This document shows positions 8,977 to 19,481 of a stretch of DNA of 32,088 nucleotides, piece after piece. The stretch comes from Candidatus Competibacter sp. Its GTDB lineage: Bacteria; Pseudomonadota; Gammaproteobacteria; Competibacterales; Competibacteraceae. Location of the stretch: positions 1 through 32,088 of the forward strand of contig JBATDL010000744.1 in the NCBI GenBank assembly GCA_049663445.1. Direction: 5' to 3'. The position numbers and the translations under genes were made by a program. Position 1 is the stretch's first letter. Every line of letters starts with the position of its first letter. The notes beneath the pieces were generated by a model. It saw nothing but the letters and a program-made list of their open reading frames with translations. It made no database searches and had not been told where the DNA came from.

Positions 8977-9168
8977 ATCGATACGAGCGCACCCGATCAG
9001 ATGCCGGCCTTTTTCAAGATAACGGGACCGTCAGCTTGGCGCGCAGCGATAGCGAAGATTGAGGAAAGACAAGAGCTATTGGGGATCGGGGGGAAAATCA
9101 GGAGCCGTTGGAGGTCTCGTGCTAGAAATCGTTCGGCGGTAAAGCGCCCGGTTCAACATTTCCAGGCA

Positions 9169-9489
9169 TCACTGCCCCGCCTGCTGCAACAAGCGCCGCA
9201 ATTGGTGATGATAGATGAACCCCGGCATGGCGCTAACCGCAAACAGGCATAAAGTCACTACATAAAATTCCCACGCCTGCGTATGCAGGACGCCGGCCGT
9301 CTTGTATTCGAAACCGAAGCCTACACCAATGATCAGCCCGTAGAGCAACCCCCACTCGGCCAGCCTCAACCAAGCAGGTTTAGCCCGCAGGCACGGAATC
9401 GCAAACAGCCAGCGCTCGCTCAGCCAAGGCAGGTTGGCGGCCACCACCGCCAACCCCAACCAGAACCCAACCAGCAAGCCTTGCGACAT
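9169..9489 (-). CDS. DUF2818-family membrane protein
   Basis: AANLPW.SER, RLAEW and Q.WEFY.VT.CLF.V...PGF motifs. This family commonly follows nuoN. Confidence 0.85.
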   Translation of the reverse strand: MSQGLLVGFWLGLAVVAANLPWLSERWLFAIPCLRAKPAWLRLAEWGLLYGLIIGVGFGFEYKTAGVLHTQAWEFYVVTLCLFAVSAMPGFIYHHQLRRLLQQAGQ

Positions 9490-9503
9490 GTTCTAGACGA
9501 TGC

Positions 9504-10943
9504 CTAGCTCAACAACGCCGTGGCGCACCAACTCATCAGCGCGGTCGGATACAACCCCAGCACCACCAACAGTAGCCCGTTGGCGCTGATGACAATTTCA
9601 GTGTCGCGGCTGAGCTCGATTGGCGCACTCTGTTCAGGTTTGTCGAAGTAGAGGCATTTGACCACCCGCAGATAATAGAACGCACCGATCACCGAGAACA
9701 CCACACCGAGGACCGCCAACCACACCAGCCCCACACCAACCACCGCCTGCAACACAACCCACTTGGCGTAGAAGCCGGCCATAAATGGAATACCGGCCAT
9801 CGACATCATGACAACCATCATCAAGAAAGCCAGCCATGGATTACGGTCGTTCAATCCCTTGAAGTCATCAATATTTTCGGCCTCAAAGCCGGTTCGGCTC
9901 AACATGATGATCAGACCGAAGGCACCCACTGCCATCAACACATAAACGATAGCGTAAAACATGGCCGCCGTGTAGCCCTCCGGCGTGCCGGCCAGAATAC
10001 CCAATAGCAGAAATCCAACATGGGATATGGTCGAATAGGCCAACATCCGCTTGATATTGGTCTGAACGATCGCAACCAGGTTGCCCAGCGCCATGGATAG
10101 CACCGCCAGGATAATCAGCATTTGCTGCCAGTCGCCCTGCAACGAACCCAAGCCATCCACCAAGACCCGCATGATCAAGGCAAAAGCGGCCAGTTTGGGC
10201 GCCGAGCCAATGTACAGAGTCACCGAAGTGGGCGCGCCCTGGTAGACATCCGGCAGCCACATGTGGAAAGGCACTGCGCCCAGCTTGAACGATAGTCCGA
10301 CCACCAGAAACACCAACCCGAACACCAGCACCAGGTTGTCCGGACCCTGCCTGGAAACGGCGTCGGCCACCACTTGGAGATCCACGCTGCCGGTCGCACC
10401 GTAGATCATCGAGATACCGTACAGCAACATGCCGGACGCCAGCGAACCCAATACGAAATACTTCATGGCAGCTTCGGAGGAAACCGGTGAATCCCGGTCG
10501 GTCGCCACCAACGCGTAAAGTGACAACGACAGTAACTCCAATCCCAGATACACGCTGAGCAAGCTGTGGGCGGACACCATAACCATCATGCCGAGCACGC
10601 CAAACAGGCCCAGCACGTAGTACTCACCCTTGAACAGATCACGCTGGCGCAGATAGTCGCGCGAGTAGAGAAAGCCGATGGCAGTGGTCAGATAGATGAA
10701 CAGCTTGAGCAGATCGCCCATCGCATCCTTAACGTAGTGACCAAACATCGTGGTCACCGGCGCCTGCGCGTAGGTCAAAAGCGTCAGCAGGGCCACGCCC
10801 AGCAAGGTCAGTTGCGCCAACCCGTAGGTAATGTGGCGCTGCCGCTGCTCCAGGAACACATCGACGACCAGCACCAAACACGCCATGGCCAGCACGAACA
10901 GTTCCGGCAGCACCGGCACGAAATCAGGGGCGACGAAATTCAT
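9504..10943 (-). CDS. nuoN: NADH-quinone oxidoreductase subunit N
   Basis: [31 protein letters not shown] and [13 protein letters not shown] motifs. Confidence 0.97.
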   Translation of the reverse strand: MNFVAPDFVPVLPELFVLAMACLVLVVDVFLEQRQRHITYGLAQLTLLGVALLTLLTYAQAPVTTMFGHYVKDAMGDLLKLFIYLTTAIGFLYSRDYLRQRDLFKGEYYVLGLFGVLGMMVMVSAHSLLSVYLGLELLSLSLYALVATDRDSPVSSEAAMKYFVLGSLASGMLLYGISMIYGATGSVDLQVVADAVSRQGPDNLVLVFGLVFLVVGLSFKLGAVPFHMWLPDVYQGAPTSVTLYIGSAPKLAAFALIMRVLVDGLGSLQGDWQQMLIILAVLSMALGNLVAIVQTNIKRMLAYSTISHVGFLLLGILAGTPEGYTAAMFYAIVYVLMAVGAFGLIIMLSRTGFEAENIDDFKGLNDRNPWLAFLMMVVMMSMAGIPFMAGFYAKWVVLQAVVGVGLVWLAVLGVVFSVIGAFYYLRVVKCLYFDKPEQSAPIELSRDTEIVISANGLLLVVLGLYPTALMSWCATALLS

Positions 10944-10986
10944 GGGGTTTCCCTATTCTCCGAATTCTTCTCTGCGACAGGAGACC

Positions 10987-12501
10987 TTACAGCTTGGAGA
11001 CGGTGACATGCTGAACCAGGTTGTCCACCGAGGCATGCATCACGGAGGTCAGCGGGTCAGGCCAGAGGCCGAGCAGTAGTACCGCCGCCGCCAACAAGCT
11101 CAGTATGATAATTTCCCGGGTATTTACATCTTTCAGCTCGGCGACGTGACTGTTGCCGATGTCACCGAAGATCACCCGCTTGATCAGCCACAGCGTGTAA
11201 GCCGCACCGAGAATCAAGGTAGTCGCCGCCAGGAAAGCAATCCAGAAACTGGCCTTGAAACTGCTCAAGATCACCAGAAACTCGCCGATGAAGCCCGAGG
11301 TGCCCGGCAAGCCAGCGTTAGCCATGCCGAACAGCACCATGAATGCGGCGAACACCGGCATGGTGTTGACTACCCCGCCGTAGTCCTTGATCTGGCGGGA
11401 ATGAACCCGATCGTACAGCACCCCCACACAGAGGAACAGCGCGCCGGAGATAAAGCCGTGCGACACCATTTGCACCATGCCACCCTCAATACCCATGGCC
11501 GCGCCACTCAGGCTTCCGGTGTGGCGGTAGATGCCAAATACGATGAAGAAACCCAAGGTTACAAAACCCATGTGGGCGATCGAGGAATAGGCGATCAGCT
11601 TTTTCATATCCTGCTGAACCAGCGCCACCAAACCAATGTAGACCACCGCCACCAGCGACATGGTAATCACCAGCCAGTCCAGCATACCCGCCGCGTCCGG
11701 GGTGATCGGCAGGGCGAAGCGCAGGAAACCATAGCCGCCGATCTTCAAGGTAATCGCCGCCAGAATCACCGAGCCGCCGGTGGGCGCTTCGACATGGGCG
11801 TCCGGCAACCAGGTATGCACCGGCCACATCGGCACCTTGACCCCGAAGCCGAGCATGAAGGCGAAGAAAATCAGCACCTGCTCGGTCAAGCTGAGCGGCA
11901 GTTTGTGGAAATCGAGAATCTCGAAACTACCGGCCTGGTTGTACATGTAGATCAGGGCGATCAACATGAACACCGACCCCAGAAAAGTGTACAGAAAGAA
12001 CTTGAGGGTGGCGTAGACCCGGCGCGGCCCCCCCCAGATCCCGATGATCAGGAACATCGGGATCAACATCGATTCGAAGAAGACGTAGAACAGAATGGCG
12101 TCCAGCGCGGCGAACACGCCGATCATCAAGCCTTCCATGATCAGGAAGGCGGCCATGTACTGGGCGATTCGATACTGCACCACCTCCCAACCGGCGATCA
12201 CTACCAGCAGGGTCATAAACGCGGTAAGCAGGATGAGCGGCATCGAGAACCCATCCACGCCCAAGTGATAATTGGCATTGAGGGCTGGAATCCAGGGTAT
12301 GAATTCCTGAAACTGCATCGCCGCTGTCGTGGGGTCGAACGATGTGTACAAGGGAATGCTGATTAGCAAGCTCAGGATCGCTACCGTCAGCGCCAGCGCC
12401 TTGGCGCGCCCGGGGTTTTCATCACCCACGAACAACACCGCGACGCCGCCCAGAATCGGGAACCAGATGACAAGACTCAGCAAAGGCAGTTCCGACAGCA
12501 T
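10987..12501 (-). CDS. nuoM: NADH-quinone oxidoreductase subunit M
   Basis: KVPMWPVHTWLPDAHVEAPTGGS and DMKKLIAYSSIAHMG motifs. Confidence 0.97.
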   Translation of the reverse strand: MLSELPLLSLVIWFPILGGVAVLFVGDENPGRAKALALTVAILSLLISIPLYTSFDPTTAAMQFQEFIPWIPALNANYHLGVDGFSMPLILLTAFMTLLVVIAGWEVVQYRIAQYMAAFLIMEGLMIGVFAALDAILFYVFFESMLIPMFLIIGIWGGPRRVYATLKFFLYTFLGSVFMLIALIYMYNQAGSFEILDFHKLPLSLTEQVLIFFAFMLGFGVKVPMWPVHTWLPDAHVEAPTGGSVILAAITLKIGGYGFLRFALPITPDAAGMLDWLVITMSLVAVVYIGLVALVQQDMKKLIAYSSIAHMGFVTLGFFIVFGIYRHTGSLSGAAMGIEGGMVQMVSHGFISGALFLCVGVLYDRVHSRQIKDYGGVVNTMPVFAAFMVLFGMANAGLPGTSGFIGEFLVILSSFKASFWIAFLAATTLILGAAYTLWLIKRVIFGDIGNSHVAELKDVNTREIIILSLLAAAVLLLGLWPDPLTSVMHASVDNLVQHVTVSKL

Positions 12502-12519
12502 GGTTTTTCTTCTTCCAGG

Positions 12520-14481
12520 TTAGCGGGTGACGAACCAGGTCAGCAGGACCAGCAGGCCGACGATCATGGCAAACGCATAGGTGTATAGATAACCGGTCTG
12601 CACCTGCCGGGTGATGCCGGCGAACCAGCCCACCAGCCGCGCCGTGCCGTTCACCATCAGGCCATCGATCAAGCCCGCGTCGGCGTATTTCCATAACGCG
12701 GTACCCAAGCTCCGACTGCCGCGCATGAACACCGCCTGGTAAATCTCGTCGAACAGATACTTGCGCACCATGATGTCGTACAGCGTTGCGAACTTCCGTT
12801 GGATCAGGTCCGGCAAATCTGGCCGCATCATGTACAGATAGAACGCCGAACCAAGCCCGGCAAGCACCAAGATGAAGGGCAGACCAATCACGCCATGCAA
12901 AGCGAAATTGAGCGCTCCACCGACTTCATGGAAGTGCTCCTTAAGATGCTCCAGCACGTTATGTTCAGGGGATACCATGATGGGTCCATCGAACACCGTT
13001 CCGAACAACAACGGTCCAATCGCCATGGCACCGATCACCACCGAAGGAATCGCCAGCAGGATCAGTGGCACGGTTACCACCGCCGGCGTCTCGTGCAAAT
13101 GCTCTTGGGTGTGATGGTCCATGCGCGCCTTGCCGTGGAACACGAGGAAGTACAGCCGGAACGAGTAGAGCGAGGTCACGAACACACCCAACATCACCGC
13201 GAAATAGGCAAAACCGGCACCGGCAATATGCGAGTAGTGCACCGCTTCAAGGATACTGTCCTTGGAGTAGAAACCGGCGAAGCCCGGAGTGCCGATCAGC
13301 GCTAGGGTGCCCAACAGGAAGGTGAACCAGGTAATGGGCATGTATCTCCACAATCCCCCCATCTTGCGGATATCCTGCTCGTGATGCATGGCAATGATCA
13401 CCGAGCCGGCACCCAGGAACAGCAATGCCTTGAAGAAGGCATGGGTCATCAAGTGGAAGATGGCGGCGGAATAGGCGGATACGCCCAGCGCCACCGTCAT
13501 ATAGCCCAGTTGCGACAGCGTCGAGTAAGCCACCACCCGCTTGATGTCATTCTGGACGATACCGAGGAAACCCATGAACAGGGCGGTGATCGAACCGATG
13601 ACCAGCACCACGCTCAGCGCCGTTTCCGACAACTCGAACAGCGGCGACATACGGGCCACCATGAAGATACCAGCGGTCACCATGGTGGCGGCGTGGATCA
13701 GCGCCGAGATTGGGGTCGGGCCTTCCATCGAATCCGGCAGCCAGACATGCAATGGCACCTGCGCCGATTTACCCATCGCACCGATGAACAACAGGATACA
13801 GATCAGGGTCATCAGCGACCAATCGACGCCGGGAATGATCTGCACGGTCATATCGGTCATCAGCGGCGCGGCGGCGAACACATCGGCGTAGTCGATGCTG
13901 TTGAAAGCCATCAGTACCGCAGCGATGCCCAGCAGAAAGCCAAAATCACCGACCCGATTGACTAGGAAAGCCTTGAGGCTGGCGAAAATGGCACTCTCGC
14001 GTTTGTACCAGAAGCCGATCAGCAGGTAGGACACCAAACCCACCCCTTCCCAGCCGAAGAACAATTGCAGGAAGTTATTGGCCATCACCAGCATCAGCAT
14101 AGCGAAGGTGAACAAGGCGATATAGCTGAAGAAGCGTTGATATCCATCGTCGTCGTGCATGTAGCCGATGGTGTAGATATGGACCATCAACGACACGAAG
14201 GTCACGGTGGAAATCATCACCGCCGTCAGGTTATCTACCAGAAAGCCGACCTCCATGCGGATGCCTTCGACCACCATCCAGGTGTAGACCGACTCGTTGT
14301 ATGGCTCGGCGCCGTTCAGGACATGATGGCGGAGCACTACCAGCGACAGTAGGAAGGAAACCGCCACACCGATGATGGTCACCCAGTGGGCGCCGGCACG
14401 GCCGATTTTCCGGCCGAACAAACCGGCGATGATGGCGCCAAACAGGGGGGCAAGCACAATCCCGATATAGACGTTTTGCAT
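12520..14481 (-). CDS. nuoL: NADH-quinone oxidoreductase subunit L
   Basis: GKSAQVPLHVWLPDSMEGPTPISALIHAATMVTAG and HLMTHAFFKALLFL motifs. Confidence 0.97.
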   Translation of the reverse strand: MQNVYIGIVLAPLFGAIIAGLFGRKIGRAGAHWVTIIGVAVSFLLSLVVLRHHVLNGAEPYNESVYTWMVVEGIRMEVGFLVDNLTAVMISTVTFVSLMVHIYTIGYMHDDDGYQRFFSYIALFTFAMLMLVMANNFLQLFFGWEGVGLVSYLLIGFWYKRESAIFASLKAFLVNRVGDFGFLLGIAAVLMAFNSIDYADVFAAAPLMTDMTVQIIPGVDWSLMTLICILLFIGAMGKSAQVPLHVWLPDSMEGPTPISALIHAATMVTAGIFMVARMSPLFELSETALSVVLVIGSITALFMGFLGIVQNDIKRVVAYSTLSQLGYMTVALGVSAYSAAIFHLMTHAFFKALLFLGAGSVIIAMHHEQDIRKMGGLWRYMPITWFTFLLGTLALIGTPGFAGFYSKDSILEAVHYSHIAGAGFAYFAVMLGVFVTSLYSFRLYFLVFHGKARMDHHTQEHLHETPAVVTVPLILLAIPSVVIGAMAIGPLLFGTVFDGPIMVSPEHNVLEHLKEHFHEVGGALNFALHGVIGLPFILVLAGLGSAFYLYMMRPDLPDLIQRKFATLYDIMVRKYLFDEIYQAVFMRGSRSLGTALWKYADAGLIDGLMVNGTARLVGWFAGITRQVQTGYLYTYAFAMIVGLLVLLTWFVTR

Positions 14482-14485
14482 GCGG

Positions 14486-14791
14486 CTAACCTTTCAGCGT
14501 ATCGAGGTCGGCGACGTTGATGGTACGGCGGTTGCGGAACAGCACCACCAGGATGGCCAAGCCGATAGCCGACTCAGCCGCCGCCACCGTCAAAATGAAA
14601 AAGACGAAGACCTGGCCGGTGGTATCACCGAGAAACCGTGAAAAAGCGATGAAATTAAAATTCACCGCCAGCAGCATCAACTCGATCGACATCAGCAGGA
14701 TAATGACGTTCTTCCGGTTCAGAAAAATGCCGGCCACACTGAGACAAAAGAGGATCGCTCCCAGCACAAGATAATCAGTCAGCGCGATCAT
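14486..14791 (-). CDS. nuoK: NADH-quinone oxidoreductase subunit K
   Basis: [12 protein letters not shown] and [14 protein letters not shown] motifs. Confidence 0.97.
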   Translation of the reverse strand: MIALTDYLVLGAILFCLSVAGIFLNRKNVIILLMSIELMLLAVNFNFIAFSRFLGDTTGQVFVFFILTVAAAESAIGLAILVVLFRNRRTINVADLDTLKG

Positions 14792-14887
14792 CTATTCCCC
14801 GCCTTGTATTTTTGAAATGGGTGAAAATCGGTCAGGCAAACAAGCAAGTACACGGGCGACACCGGTCTCCCCGCCAAAAAAACCGTA

Positions 14888-15490
14888 TTACTTCTTCTCC
14901 GGCGCCATACGCACCAACCTCACCCGGTTGTCGCGCGACGACACCCGAACCTGTCGGCTAGGATCTTGGGACTTGGTTCCCTCGCGGCGGCGCATCGTCA
15001 GCGAGATAGCGGCAATGATCGCGACCAGCAGAATCACGGATGCAATTTCGAACGGATAGACGTAGAAAGTGTACAAGACACTGCCCAGTTCCTTAGTATT
15101 GCTGTAATCGGCCGCGTGCGAAATCAGATGGTACTGTTCGGTAGCAAAGTAGCCGGATCCGACCACCAATCCCATTTCGATCACGATCAGCAGCGCCACC
15201 GTCGCGCCAACCGGCAAGTATTTGATGAATCCCTCTCGTACCGGGTCGACATTGAGATCCAGCATCATCACCACGAACAGGAACAGCACCATTACCGCGC
15301 CCACATAGACCAGCACCAGGGTAATAGCCAGGAATTCGGCCTCAATCAGCAACCACAGGGCGGCGCTGGTAAAAAAGGCCAGCACCAGGAACAACGCGGC
15401 ATGCACCGGGTTCCGGACCGTGATCACCCGCACCGCCGCGAATATCAGGATCAGCGCGAAGACGTAGAACAGAAACTTTTCAAATCCCAT
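14888..15490 (-). CDS. nuoJ: NADH-quinone oxidoreductase subunit J
   Basis: RNPVHAALFL and VYVGAVMVLFLFVVMML motifs. Confidence 0.96.
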   Translation of the reverse strand: MGFEKFLFYVFALILIFAAVRVITVRNPVHAALFLVLAFFTSAALWLLIEAEFLAITLVLVYVGAVMVLFLFVVMMLDLNVDPVREGFIKYLPVGATVALLIVIEMGLVVGSGYFATEQYHLISHAADYSNTKELGSVLYTFYVYPFEIASVILLVAIIAAISLTMRRREGTKSQDPSRQVRVSSRDNRVRLVRMAPEKK

Positions 15491-15532
15491 GAGCGAACCT
15501 GTTTTCTTCTTTGCTTGGCAAGTGGGAGTCGG

Positions 15533-16030
15533 CTAGCGATAAGCCGCGTCGGCAGCCCGGTCGGCGGCGATTTGCGCTTCCCAGCGGTCGCCGTGGGCAA
15601 GCAACTTCTCCTTGGTCATGATGTGCTCGCCGCGCTTCTCAAAATGGTAATCGAATACCCGGGTCTCCACGATCGAGTCCACAGGGCAAGCCTCTTCGCA
15701 AAACCCGCAAAAAATACACTTGAACAGATCGATGTCATAACGGGTGGTGCGGCGGGTACCGTCCTCCCGCTGCTCAGACTCGATAGTAATCGCCAGCGCC
15801 GGGCAGACCGCCTCGCATAACTTGCAAGCAATACAGCGCTCTTCACCGTTGGGATAACGGCGAAGAGCATGCAGGCCGCGGAAACGTGGCGACAGAGGGG
15901 TACGCTCCTCGGGATATTGCACCGTAATCTTCTTGGCGAACAGATAGCGGCCGGTGACTCCCAAGCCAAGCAATAGCTCCCATAAAAAAAAGCTTTTGAA
16001 GTAGTGCCGAAGGGTGCTGAGGGTATTCAT
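15533..16030 (-). CDS. nuoI: NADH-quinone oxidoreductase subunit I
   Basis: Two 4Fe-4S motifs, [12 protein letters not shown] and [15 protein letters not shown] 16030 is better spaced from GGAG than GTG 16033. Confidence 0.97.
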   Translation of the reverse strand: MNTLSTLRHYFKSFFLWELLLGLGVTGRYLFAKKITVQYPEERTPLSPRFRGLHALRRYPNGEERCIACKLCEAVCPALAITIESEQREDGTRRTTRYDIDLFKCIFCGFCEEACPVDSIVETRVFDYHFEKRGEHIMTKEKLLAHGDRWEAQIAADRAADAAYR

Positions 16031-16042
16031 CACTTTCTCCGC

Positions 16043-17065
16043 TCAATCAAACCACGGGCCGACCTGCGCCAGCACACCCAATCCAATCACCAGTAACCAG
16101 ACCAGCGTCACCGGGATAAAGACCTTCCAACCCAAGCGCATGATCTGATCGTAGCGATAGCGCGGGAAGGTGGCACGGAACCACAGGAAAAACAGCAGCA
16201 GAAAAGAAACCTTGAGCACCAGCCAAATCGCGCCGGGCACGAAGGAGAATAATTCGCCGAGCACCGGGATACCTTCGAACGGCGACAGCCAACCGCCCAA
16301 GAACAGGGTGGACGCCAAGGCCGACACCAGAATCATGTTGGCGTATTCCGCCAGAAAAAAAACCGCGAAGGCCATACCGGAATAATCCACATGGAATCCG
16401 GCCACGATTTCCGATTCTCCCTCGGCTACATCGAAGGGAGCACGGTTGGTCTCGGCCACGCCGGAGATAAAATACACGAGAAACAATGGCAACAGCGGCA
16501 GCCAAAACCAGTGCAACAGACTGCCCTGCTGGGCCAGCACGATCTGATTGAGATTGAGGCTACCGGCGGCCATCAGCACCCCGACCAAGGCAAAACCCAT
16601 GGCAATTTCATAGGAAACGATTTGAGCCGCCGAGCGCATCGCGCCCAAGAAGGCATATTTTGAATTCGAGGACCAACCGGCGATGATCACGCCGTACACA
16701 CCCAGTGATGTCAGGGAAAGCAGGTAGAGCAAGCCGGCGTCCAAATGGGAAATCAGCATGCCATCGCCAAAGGGGATCACTGCCCAAGCCGCCAGCGCCG
16801 GCCCGAACGAGGCCACCGGCGCGAGCAGAAACAGGAACCGATCAGCACGGGTCGGAATGATGATTTCCTTGAACATCAGCTTCATGGCATCGGCGATAGG
16901 CTGTAGCCATCCCTTGGGACCAACCCGGTTCGGACCAATCCGAACCTGCATGTAGCCAATGATCTTGCGCTCGGCGAAAGTTAGATACGCCACACCCAAC
17001 AGCAGAGGCGCTAGCAGAGCGACGATTTTCAGCAGGATAATAACGACCGTCAGCAGCGTTTCCAC
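16043..17065 (-). CDS. nuoH: NADH-quinone oxidoreductase subunit H
   Basis: [34 protein letters not shown] and PRYRYDQIM motifs. Confidence 0.97.
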   Translation of the reverse strand: METLLTVVIILLKIVALLAPLLLGVAYLTFAERKIIGYMQVRIGPNRVGPKGWLQPIADAMKLMFKEIIIPTRADRFLFLLAPVASFGPALAAWAVIPFGDGMLISHLDAGLLYLLSLTSLGVYGVIIAGWSSNSKYAFLGAMRSAAQIVSYEIAMGFALVGVLMAAGSLNLNQIVLAQQGSLLHWFWLPLLPLFLVYFISGVAETNRAPFDVAEGESEIVAGFHVDYSGMAFAVFFLAEYANMILVSALASTLFLGGWLSPFEGIPVLGELFSFVPGAIWLVLKVSFLLLFFLWFRATFPRYRYDQIMRLGWKVFIPVTLVWLLVIGLGVLAQVGPWFD

Positions 17066-17083
17066 GATCCAAGATCCTTGTTG

Positions 17084-19444
17084 TTATTGGATAGCCACCG
17101 GGCCAACCGCCGGACCGAGCGCCATGCTGGCGTACAATCCCGCCGGAATCCAGGCGCAACCCTTGGGCACGCTTTCATCCAGCACCAACGGCAGATCGAC
17201 CGCCGCACCGCTCTGGCGCACCTGAACTTGCTCGCGCCCGGCCACGCCCAGATCCCGCGCCACATCCGGATGCAACCGCACCTCGGCCGGTCGCGCCAGC
17301 GGGCTTAGCTGCAAGGAACGAGCACGCCGAACCAACGGATCGGCAGCATAAATCGGCACCTCCGCTACCCGCAGCAACCCTTCTGGCTTAAAGGGCGCCA
17401 AAGGCTTGCCGGGAGCCACCGTGTTGTCAGGCTGGACCCGAGCACAGGCACTCTGGGCCTCGGCGTGTATCTCTTCGGAGTTGACGTAATCAAAGCCAGT
17501 CAAGCCGAACAGGTTACCCAAAACCCGCAACACCTTCCAGGCTGGCCGCGCCTCGCCAAACGGCTTGCTGGCCCCCGTAAAGCTCTGCCAGAGGCCTTCG
17601 GTATTAACGTAACTACCCGAAGTTTCAGAGAAAGTAGCAATCGGCAAGATCACATGAGCATAAGTTCTACTGGCAGTACTGGCGAACGGATTGATCGATA
17701 CCACCCATTCAGCCGCTTGCAGGGCCTTCAGCGCCGCAGCACCATCCCAGCAGTCCAATTCCGGCTCCACACCCAGCAGCACATAAGCCTTGCGAGGCGA
17801 CTTCAGCATCGATCGCGCATCCAAACCCATCGTCGGTGCCGACATGCCCCCCGGCAAGCGGTGCGGCAATGCACCAACCAGCCAGCCACCCGCCGAGTTG
17901 CTGGCCTCGGGCAGATAGCCCAAGCGGGCACCACTGCAAGAAGCCACGAAGCCGGCCAGTGCCCGCAAGTGTGCGAAGGCTGGATGGGCGACGGCCAGAT
18001 TGCCCAGCAACACGGTAGCGGGCGCCTGATTGACCAGATAATCGGCAATGGCCCGTTCGGCTTCCCCGAAAGAGGCGTCGCTGGCCAAGGCGGCGAACTC
18101 CGTCGGCAAATCTTGACCTTTCAGCTCCGCGACCGCCCGCGCCACGCCAGCCAGTGCCGCCACCATGCCAGCGGGATCGCTGATCACCTTGGCGGCGACC
18201 GGAAAAAGGAACTCAAAGTCGCGGGGATTAATCAACAGGATTCGGCCACCCGCCAGCGCCGCCTTGCGCAAGCGATGGGCAGCCAGCGGCTGCTCCATTC
18301 GCACGTTGGAGCCGATTAGCAACGCCGCTCCCATTTTCTCCAAATCCGCTAATTCCTGCCCCAGCCAAGGGAACACCGGCGCCGTATCCTGATCGCTGAA
18401 ATCGGCTTGCCGCAGCCGGTGGTCGATATTCGCCACACCCAAACCGTGCGCCAGCTTCTGCGCCAGATACAACTCCTCCACGGTAGCGGTTGGCGACAAC
18501 AGGAACCCCACCGCTTCGGCGCCATGCTGGGCAATCACTTCCTTCAAACCCTTGGCCGCCGCTTCCAGAGCCGCTTCCCAGTCGGCTTCCGCACCTTTCA
18601 CCCAAGGCCGACCCAAGCGGTCGTCGCTATAAATACCTTCATAGCTGAATCGATCACGATCGGAAATCCAGGTTTCGTTGATCGCTTCATTCTCACGCGG
18701 CACCACCCGCATAACTTGACCGCGCAAGGTGTGAATAAAGACATTGGACCCGATGGAATCGTGCGGCGCGATCGCGGGATGCTGCACATATTCCCAGGAA
18801 CGGCCCCGGTAGCGGGACGGCTTGGCGGTCAGCGCCCCCACCGGGCACAGATCGATCACATTGCCGGACAGTTCCGAACTGACACTGTGAGCCACGTAGG
18901 TACCGATTTCCATCGACTCGCCGCGCCCGGTGGCGCCCAACTCGCGCAAGCCGGCGATTTCCTCACCAAAGCGCACACAGCGGGTACAGTGAATGCAGCG
19001 GGTCATGTCGGTGGCGATCAACGGCCCGATGTTCTTGTCCTTAACCACTCGCTTGCGCTCGGCGAATCGCGATACATCGGCACCGTAACCCAGCGCCATG
19101 TCTTGCAATTCGCATTCGCCGCCCTGATCGCAAATCGGGCAATCCAGTGGATGGTTGATCAGCAAGAATTCCATGGTGCCCTTTTGCGCGGCGATTGCCT
19201 TGGGCGACTCGGTGTAGACTTTCATGCCTTCCATCACCGGCGTGGCACACGCCGGCAAGGGCTTGGGTGCTTTCTCCACCTCAACCAGGCACATCCGGCA
19301 ATTCGCGGCGACGGACAGCTTCTTGTGATAACAAAAACGGGGGATGGCAATACCCGCCGTATCGGTGACTTCAATGAGCATCGCGCCCTTACGCGCCTTC
19401 AGCGGGATGCCGTTGACTTCGATGTTGACCTGTTCCTCGCTCAT
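17084..19444 (-). CDS. nuoG: NADH-quinone oxidoreductase subunit G
   Basis: CYH..LS.AANCRMC, HPLDCPICDQGGEC and CIHCTRC motifs. The N7 cysteine motif is absent (APHDSIGSN in its place). Confidence 0.96.
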   Translation of the reverse strand: MSEEQVNIEVNGIPLKARKGAMLIEVTDTAGIAIPRFCYHKKLSVAANCRMCLVEVEKAPKPLPACATPVMEGMKVYTESPKAIAAQKGTMEFLLINHPLDCPICDQGGECELQDMALGYGADVSRFAERKRVVKDKNIGPLIATDMTRCIHCTRCVRFGEEIAGLRELGATGRGESMEIGTYVAHSVSSELSGNVIDLCPVGALTAKPSRYRGRSWEYVQHPAIAPHDSIGSNVFIHTLRGQVMRVVPRENEAINETWISDRDRFSYEGIYSDDRLGRPWVKGAEADWEAALEAAAKGLKEVIAQHGAEAVGFLLSPTATVEELYLAQKLAHGLGVANIDHRLRQADFSDQDTAPVFPWLGQELADLEKMGAALLIGSNVRMEQPLAAHRLRKAALAGGRILLINPRDFEFLFPVAAKVISDPAGMVAALAGVARAVAELKGQDLPTEFAALASDASFGEAERAIADYLVNQAPATVLLGNLAVAHPAFAHLRALAGFVASCSGARLGYLPEASNSAGGWLVGALPHRLPGGMSAPTMGLDARSMLKSPRKAYVLLGVEPELDCWDGAAALKALQAAEWVVSINPFASTASRTYAHVILPIATFSETSGSYVNTEGLWQSFTGASKPFGEARPAWKVLRVLGNLFGLTGFDYVNSEEIHAEAQSACARVQPDNTVAPGKPLAPFKPEGLLRVAEVPIYAADPLVRRARSLQLSPLARPAEVRLHPDVARDLGVAGREQVQVRQSGAAVDLPLVLDESVPKGCAWIPAGLYASMALGPAVGPVAIQ

Positions 19445-19481
19445 CTCTTATCCACTGCGACCGTGTTATGGATTTTGCGGC

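Noticed and set aside
11146..12366. Long antisense ORFs (also 1327-2166, 14966-15820, 18407-19564, 28669-29625)
   Set aside because: These are shadows of well-conserved genes on the opposite strand, expected in GC-rich DNA, and carry no family motifs.
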